From NCBI GenBank assembly GCA_043228905.1, contig JBHGNT010001031.1, positions 1 to 12,813 on the forward strand: a DNA stretch of 12,813 nt. Reading direction: 5' to 3'. A model generated the notes under the pieces. The model saw only the letters and a list, made by a program, of their open reading frames with translations. It made no database searches and was not told where the DNA came from. The stretch comes from Azolla caroliniana (taxonomy: Eukaryota; Plantae; Polypodiophyta). Positions 7,755 through 12,813 of the stretch are shown in pieces (the stretch's first letter is position 1; every line of letters starts with the position of its first letter). A program made the translations under genes and the position numbers.

Positions 7755-9449
7755 ATGGAGAATCAACAAGAGGCAATGAGCATAACGATGATGATGATGT
7801 TCGAGCGGATGCTACAAGAACAACGAGCGATGTCGGAGATCACGGGGGCAGTAAAGCAGCTCGTACAACGAAACGGACAATTCAACGGAAACGATGTGTC
7901 ACGCTATCTACGTGACTACAAGGCGGAGATGATACGATGTGGGATACCGGAAGGATTGCAAGTGACATCCTTCAATCGGGTGGCCACGGATGAGCTACAA
8001 GAGAGAATCCACAAGATACGGCAACAAAACTCGACATGGGGATCATTCGAAGAAGCTTTACGAGAGGCATATGATTACAAGAGATCGAAGGGAAAAGATC
8101 GGCGAGAATTCGACGAATGGGTGGCATCGGAGAAGACCCACCGAAGTGCAACACAAGCATTCCTAGAGTTCGAGCATCGTTTTGCTCGACTCTCGGAGCG
8201 AGAACAACGATTGGTGGGAGAGGATAAAGTCCTAATGTTCGTAAAATCGATCGATCGAAAAGAAAGGATGGACATCGGGATCGAACTCGAAGACGATGAA
8301 GGTACGAATGGTCTTACCGAAGATTGGGCCGAAGTCCAAAGGGTATGCCGGAGACATGATGAGAGGAAGATGAGAATCTTGTCAACGACATGGCCGATGA
8401 AGGATGGTCGATTGAAGACAAACGATGGAGCTGATATGAAGGCCGAAATACAACATGATGGTGCGACGGAAGAGGGTGTAAAACAAGACACCCACTCGTC
8501 TTGTGAAAGAACGATGGCGAAGGATAAGGCCGATAATTCAAGTGTAGAAGAAGATTTCGGGATACAAGTGCCCGAGACATCGGGTCAAAAAGGGGTAAGC
8601 ATAATAGATGTTTGCATAATTGATGCAGATAAAGAGTGTGAAGCGGATGTGATTAAGGAGGTAGCCACAAAAGACGAAATCGAATCGGAGGTGGCTATGG
8701 ACGAATCAATGGCGGATTGCCATATCGAGACTTCCCCACCACTGATTCTAGAGACTCCGGCGGTTGCGTTCGAAAGGCAACGTGAGACCGAAGAGACGGA
8801 AGGTGGCGGAGAGAAAACAAAGGTCGAAGTCGATGCATACGACGGAGAGATAGCCGAGAATATGGCTATGGGTGAAACAATGGAGGATGATAATACCGAG
8901 GATTCCTACCCACTAACTCTAGAGACTTCGGCGGTTGTATTCGAGAACCAACGTGAGACCGGAGAGACAGGAGGTGGCGGCAAGAAAGGTAAAGTCGGAA
9001 GCCGGTTCGGATGGAAGGTGATCCGGACGGGATTCCGATCCGAAAGAAAGTCGAATCGGGTAAAAGAGAATTCGACCGAAAGACGAACCGAAAGAAAGCC
9101 GAACCGAAAGGAAGAGAATTCGGCCGAAAGACGACACAAACGAAAGCTGAATCGGGCGAATGAGGATTCGGCCGAAAGACGACCCGAAAGAAAGCCGACC
9201 CGAAAAGGGGTCGACTCGGTCAAAACCGATCGACCGAGTCTGACTTGGCCGAACGCGAATATGGATGGAAGCCGACCTAGCCGAAAGTTGATCGGACAAG
9301 AGCGATCCGGAAAAAAGTCAAGGTTGATGAAGACAAGAAAGAGGCCAGTAAAAGACACTACCACGAATGACAAGGGCCAAGAATATGACGAGAGAGAACA
9401 AAGAATATGGTGGATCGGATGGCGACAATGGTTCGGGTGGAAAGAATAG
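7755..9449 (+). CDS. Gag-like protein (564 aa from first ATG): capsid-like N-terminus plus acidic/basic repeat tail
   Basis: Intact ORF. FNGNDVSRYLRDYKAEM...GLTEDW aligns with element B Gag; no CCHC, protease, RT or IN motifs. Confidence 0.85.
   Translation: MENQQEAMSITMMMMFERMLQEQRAMSEITGAVKQLVQRNGQFNGNDVSRYLRDYKAEMIRCGIPEGLQVTSFNRVATDELQERIHKIRQQNSTWGSFEEALREAYDYKRSKGKDRREFDEWVASEKTHRSATQAFLEFEHRFARLSEREQRLVGEDKVLMFVKSIDRKERMDIGIELEDDEGTNGLTEDWAEVQRVCRRHDERKMRILSTTWPMKDGRLKTNDGADMKAEIQHDGATEEGVKQDTHSSCERTMAKDKADNSSVEEDFGIQVPETSGQKGVSIIDVCIIDADKECEADVIKEVATKDEIESEVAMDESMADCHIETSPPLILETPAVAFERQRETEETEGGGEKTKVEVDAYDGEIAENMAMGETMEDDNTEDSYPLTLETSAVVFENQRETGETGGGGKKGKVGSRFGWKVIRTGFRSERKSNRVKENSTERRTERKPNRKEENSAERRHKRKLNRANEDSAERRPERKPTRKGVDSVKTDRPSLTWPNANMDGSRPSRKLIGQERSGKKSRLMKTRKRPVKDTTTNDKGQEYDEREQRIWWIGWRQWFGWKE
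8690..9001 (+). repeat. 171-bp (57-aa) coding duplication
   Basis: PLILETPAVAFERQRETEETEGGG vs PLTLETSAVVFENQRETGETGGGG. Confidence 0.85.
9039..9230 (+). repeat. 48-bp (16-aa) basic coding repeat x4
   Basis: SERKSNRVKENSTERR / TERKPNRKEENSAERR / HKRKLNRANEDSAERR / PERKPTRKGVDSVKTD. Confidence 0.85.
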
Positions 9450-9557
9450 GTCTACTCAAAATGGAGAGACAAAGTTGACATAGCGGGACAAACGGAGGAT
9501 GAAGGGGAGACAACGAGCATCGGCAACTTCGGCACATACCGGAGGATGTGCGGGTTC

Positions 9558-9569
9558 GGAGGGGGCGAG
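9558..9569 (+). other. PPT of element A
   Basis: GGAGGGGGCGAG abuts the 3' LTR. Confidence 0.85.
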
Positions 9570-10337
9570 TGTCGTAGTGTATTTCGTACACTACGTGAAA
9601 AAGTAAAAATAATATAACTGATTTAATTACATATAAATAAATAAAATAATATATCAAGATATTTATCACGTGCATAGGGCAGGATTCGAACCCTGTACCT
9701 CCACGTGGCCAAACCTCAACTTTACCATTATGCTACCTTATCTTTAGTGTTCTATAAATAGATTTAATAAGTATAATTGCTTTATTTACGCCTACCTTTA
9801 TTAAAAGGTAAATCATGCATTTTTAGAGTGCGTGAATAGAAAAACGCAAGCAACTAAAAAGTGACTCATGCACATCTAGCGTGCATGAGCACTATATTTA
9901 GCAAATAAAAGTAGCAAATAAAAGCAAGGATTAGAAAAGCATCACATGCACATTTAGTGTGCATGAACATATTAGAAAAAAAGCATGTAGCTATGCTTAG
10001 TCTCTCCCATCACTACATAAGGATGGGGAGCACAATGTAATAGGCGTGTGAAAAATATTTGGGAAATTGGATATATTTCCTAAAACACCAATTAATAAAC
10101 TATACTCGTGGGATTCACGAGAATTCTATATCATTCTCTTTCAACCGAAGTTTATATTCTTATATTCATATTGATTAATCAAATACAATACACTCGTGGG
10201 ATTCACGAGTTTGCTATAACTCTTTCTTACAACATATTTATATTCTTATTAGCCTTAAAACTCTCCTCTTCCTAGTCCAAAACCCCGGTGGTTCCCACCC
10301 GACTCACGCAAACGATCCGGAGCCGAAAGGCACGACA
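9570..10337 (+). repeat. Element A 3' LTR
   Basis: Direct repeat of 6949-7716. Confidence 0.97.
9672..9742 (-). promoter_or_regulatory. tRNA-like Pol III module in the A 3' LTR
   Basis: Copy of 7051-7121. Confidence 0.75.
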
Positions 10338-10602
10338 ACGTTATTGCACAGTACGCTGTCGTGTGAATCTTCTCACACTATGTAATAAATAAATAATAAA
10401 ATAAGTACTTTATATTAGCTTAATGGCATGTTATAGAAAGATGGACGTTTGAGAAGATAGGGAAAATAGAACTATGATTTATCCCACATAGATAGGAAAC
10501 TTAAGGCTTTGGCTATATAAGCACATTGAGACCCCTCATTGTTATTTGTGCTAAGAGCACTTTGGCCACTTTGTCTTGATGGATGATGGTGGCCAAGTTC
10601 CC

Positions 10603-10740
10603 AAAAACCGGAAATCGGCCGGTAAGCAAAATTGGAACCATCCAGTAAACAAAATCGGAAATCGGTCGGTAAGCAAAATTGGAAACCAGCAGGGTAAGCA
10701 AAATCGGAAACCGGTTGGTAAGCAAACTTGAACCAACGGT
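10603..10740 (+). repeat. ~24-bp tandem repeat (AAAATCGGAAAYCGGTCGGTAAGC), ~5.5 copies
   Basis: Directly visible. Confidence 0.85.
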
Positions 10741-11071
10741 GGAGTCGGTGAGGTGGCGGCAATCGATGACTGGATGAGGCTAGATGCAAACCAAACAGAT
10801 AACAAGATCATGTGGTTAATTAAAGTAAAGGGAACTAAAGTAAAGGCCATGTGAACGCATGTAAAAAGTTGGAACACATGCAAAGAAAAGGGGGAAAGTC
10901 ATGCAACTAAAAATGGATGCAACTAAAATTATAGGCCATGCAACTAAAAGTGGACATGCAAAGTAACATGGAAGGCTATGATCAATGGAGAACTCCATAT
11001 ATATTCTATTTTTTTTCCTACACTTATACTCTCTCCATAATTTTCCTTTCCTTCTTAGTTCCCTTATCTTA

Positions 11072-11304
11072 GGGAAGCCATAACTCTCATAAACCCTAAT
11101 CTTCCTGCGGAAGCCATAACACTGAAAAAACCCTAATCTTCCCTACGGAAGCCATAACACTAAAAAACCTTAATCTTCCCTACAAAAGCCATAACACTCA
11201 AAAACCCTAATTTCCTTACGGAAGCCATAAACCCTAAATTTCCCTACGGAAGCCATATCTCTCAAAATCTAAAATCTCTTATCAAAGCCAAAAACCCTAA
11301 ATTT
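11072..11304 (+). repeat. ~37-bp tandem repeat (GGAAGCCATAACACT..AAAACCCTAATCTTCCCTAC), ~7 copies
   Basis: Directly visible; most units contain AAACCCTAA. Confidence 0.85.
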
Positions 11305-11547
11305 CTATTGAATCCATATTTAGTTTCTTCTAATCTATTATTCTAGTAATCTCCATAAGCTAAACTTTTGTAATCCCAATCTTGGGATTGATTGTAATCT
11401 TTCTTTCTAATTGTTAATGAAAATTGTCAATCTTTCTTATTTCGGCTAATTCTTAATCTATTTGATATTCTCTGGTCGGAGGCCCCGGGGTCCTGCCTCA
11501 AGTTCACGTATCCTCGTCATATTTCCGCGATAGCGCAGTTGCGGAAT

Positions 11548-12813
11548 CTACGCATTATTGCGTACAATACTCCCCCTCAAGCTTGGCAGGTCAGGGATCG
11601 TCAATCCGAGATTGGTCATGAATTGCCATAGCTTGTCGGATCCTAAGGCTTTAGTGAAGATGTCAACCGTTTGAAGATTTCTGCTAATGTGTTGTGGGTC
11701 GACATCACCAGCTAGAACGCACTCTCGGATGAAGTGATAGTGCACTTCAATGTGCTTTGCCCGCGCGTGGAACACCGGGTTTCGAGCCAGATAAATACTG
11801 CTCATGTTGTCACAGTAAAGGGGAGTCAGATCCTTGATGGGAACGCCCAGATCCTTCAAAATCCTCTTGAGCTATACGGCTTCACACACAGCTACGGCTG
11901 CGCCCCTGTATTCTGCCTTTGTACTCAAAAGAGCGATGGTAGGCTGCTTCTTGCTACTCCATGAAATCGCTCCGCTGCCGAGGGAGAAGACAAATCCAGA
12001 GGTCGATTGTCGATGGGCTTTCTAGCCAGCCCAATCCGTGTTTGTGTATCCTTCAAGTCGTATTGGCATCGCAGTCTTGTTGAGGATGTCGTAATCCATT
12101 GTTCTGCTCACATATCATAATACTCGCTTAACGCAATCGAAATGGATATCTCACGGAGTTTGCATGAATTGGCTAAGGAGTCCGACTGGATAGCTAAGGT
12201 CGGATCGTGTGATTCTGAGATAGATGAGACTCCCGATTAGTTGTCGATATTGAGTCGGATCGCACTCGTTCGTGCCAGAGTCGGCATCTAGTTTGAGGTT
12301 TCTATCGAGAGGCGTAGCGATTGATTTGCACTCCGTCATCCCGAACTTGTATAACAAATTGAGAATGTAGTGCTGTTGAGAGATCATTATTCCGGCTGGA
12401 GTCCGAATTACCTCGATGCCGAGGAAGTAGTGGAGCTCCTTCATGTCCATCATCTCGAACTTGTCGGAAAGGAGGGATTTGACTTTATTGATTTCGACGA
12501 GATGCTCACCTCCAATGACTAGGTCATCCACATATAAGATGATGACGATCAGACTTGCGGAATCGCTTCGTATGTAGAGGGAGTTGTCTGATTCTGACAT
12601 ATGGAAGCCGATTTGATGAAGATATTGGGTTATCTTTGAATGCCAAGCACGCGGTGCTTGCTTGAGGCCGTAGAGTGGCTTCTTGAGTCGGCATACAGCT
12701 TTCGGATGGGTGCTCGAGTTGAAGCCGAGTGGTTGTATCATGTACACCTCTTCTTCTAATTCGCCTTGTAGAAAGACGTTCTTGACGTCCATTTGATGGA
12801 GGTGCCACCCTTT
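11548..12813 (-). pseudogene. Copia pol remnant: RT and RNase H
   Basis: WHLHQMDVKNVFLQG, LYGLKQAPRAW, LYVDDL, YFLGIEV, SWSSKKQ, LYCDNMS, KHIEVHYHFIRE, DIFTKAL, SLRG; several stops and a frameshift. Confidence 0.95.

Larger units (their letters stand above)
6949..10337 (+). mobile_element. Element A: very young non-autonomous gag-only Ty3/gypsy-type LTR retrotransposon (3389 bp)
   Basis: Two 768-bp LTRs with no differences seen, TGTCGT/ACGACA terminal inverted repeats, PBS, PPT, 4-bp TSD ACGT (6945-6948 / 10338-10341). Confidence 0.95.
10357..11532 (+). mobile_element. Solo LTR C (gypsy-type, 1176 bp)
   Basis: Starts TGTCGT plus hairpin; ends GCGATA (probably from CGACA); flanks ACGC / GCGC (3 of 4 match); removing it rejoins the copia tail in frame. 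Confidence 0.75.
6190..12813 (-). mobile_element. Minus-strand Ty1/copia element (3' half), interrupted by element A and solo LTR C; runs off the window
   Basis: Order RT, RNase H, extension, PPT, LTR on the minus strand; excising A and C with 4-bp TSDs restores a continuous reading frame. Confidence 0.85.

Noticed and set aside
7972-9675. Antisense ORFs over element A, and other short ORFs in the track (e.g. 836-1060, 6076-6429, 10472-10998)
   Set aside because: Shadows of purine-rich coding strands or repeats, with no recognisable domains
10724-10782. Possible tRNA-like module in LTR C (GGTTCAAGTTT on the minus strand)
   Set aside because: It is a variant of the 24-bp repeat and has no proper A-box at matching spacing
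10603-11304. CRISPR-like arrays
   Set aside because: Head-to-tail degenerate units with no unique spacers, in eukaryotic TE context with no cas genes

Overview
Eukaryotic, plant-type DNA with no host genes: the window is a nest of LTR retrotransposons. A moss/bryophyte origin is my impression only and is not verified. The scaffold is decayed Ty1/copia material: a minus-strand 3' end (184-1156), a plus-strand gag/RT remnant (1157-2647, resuming at 6068) and a large minus-strand copy (6190 to >12813). Three Ty3/gypsy-type insertions whose LTRs begin TGTCGT sit in this scaffold. Element B (2648-6063) is gag-protease only and decayed. Element A (6949-10337) is gag-only, with apparently identical 768-bp LTRs and an 18-nt tRNA-Trp PBS. 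C (10357-11532) is a solo LTR. All three have 4-bp target duplications centred on CpG (ACGT, ACGT, ACGC/GCGC) and a hairpin at the LTR 5' terminus. The most unusual signal: the LTRs of A and B carry tRNA-like Pol III A-box/B-box modules (1 per LTR in A, 3 per LTR in B, 8 in total), all with the same 43-nt A-to-B spacing.
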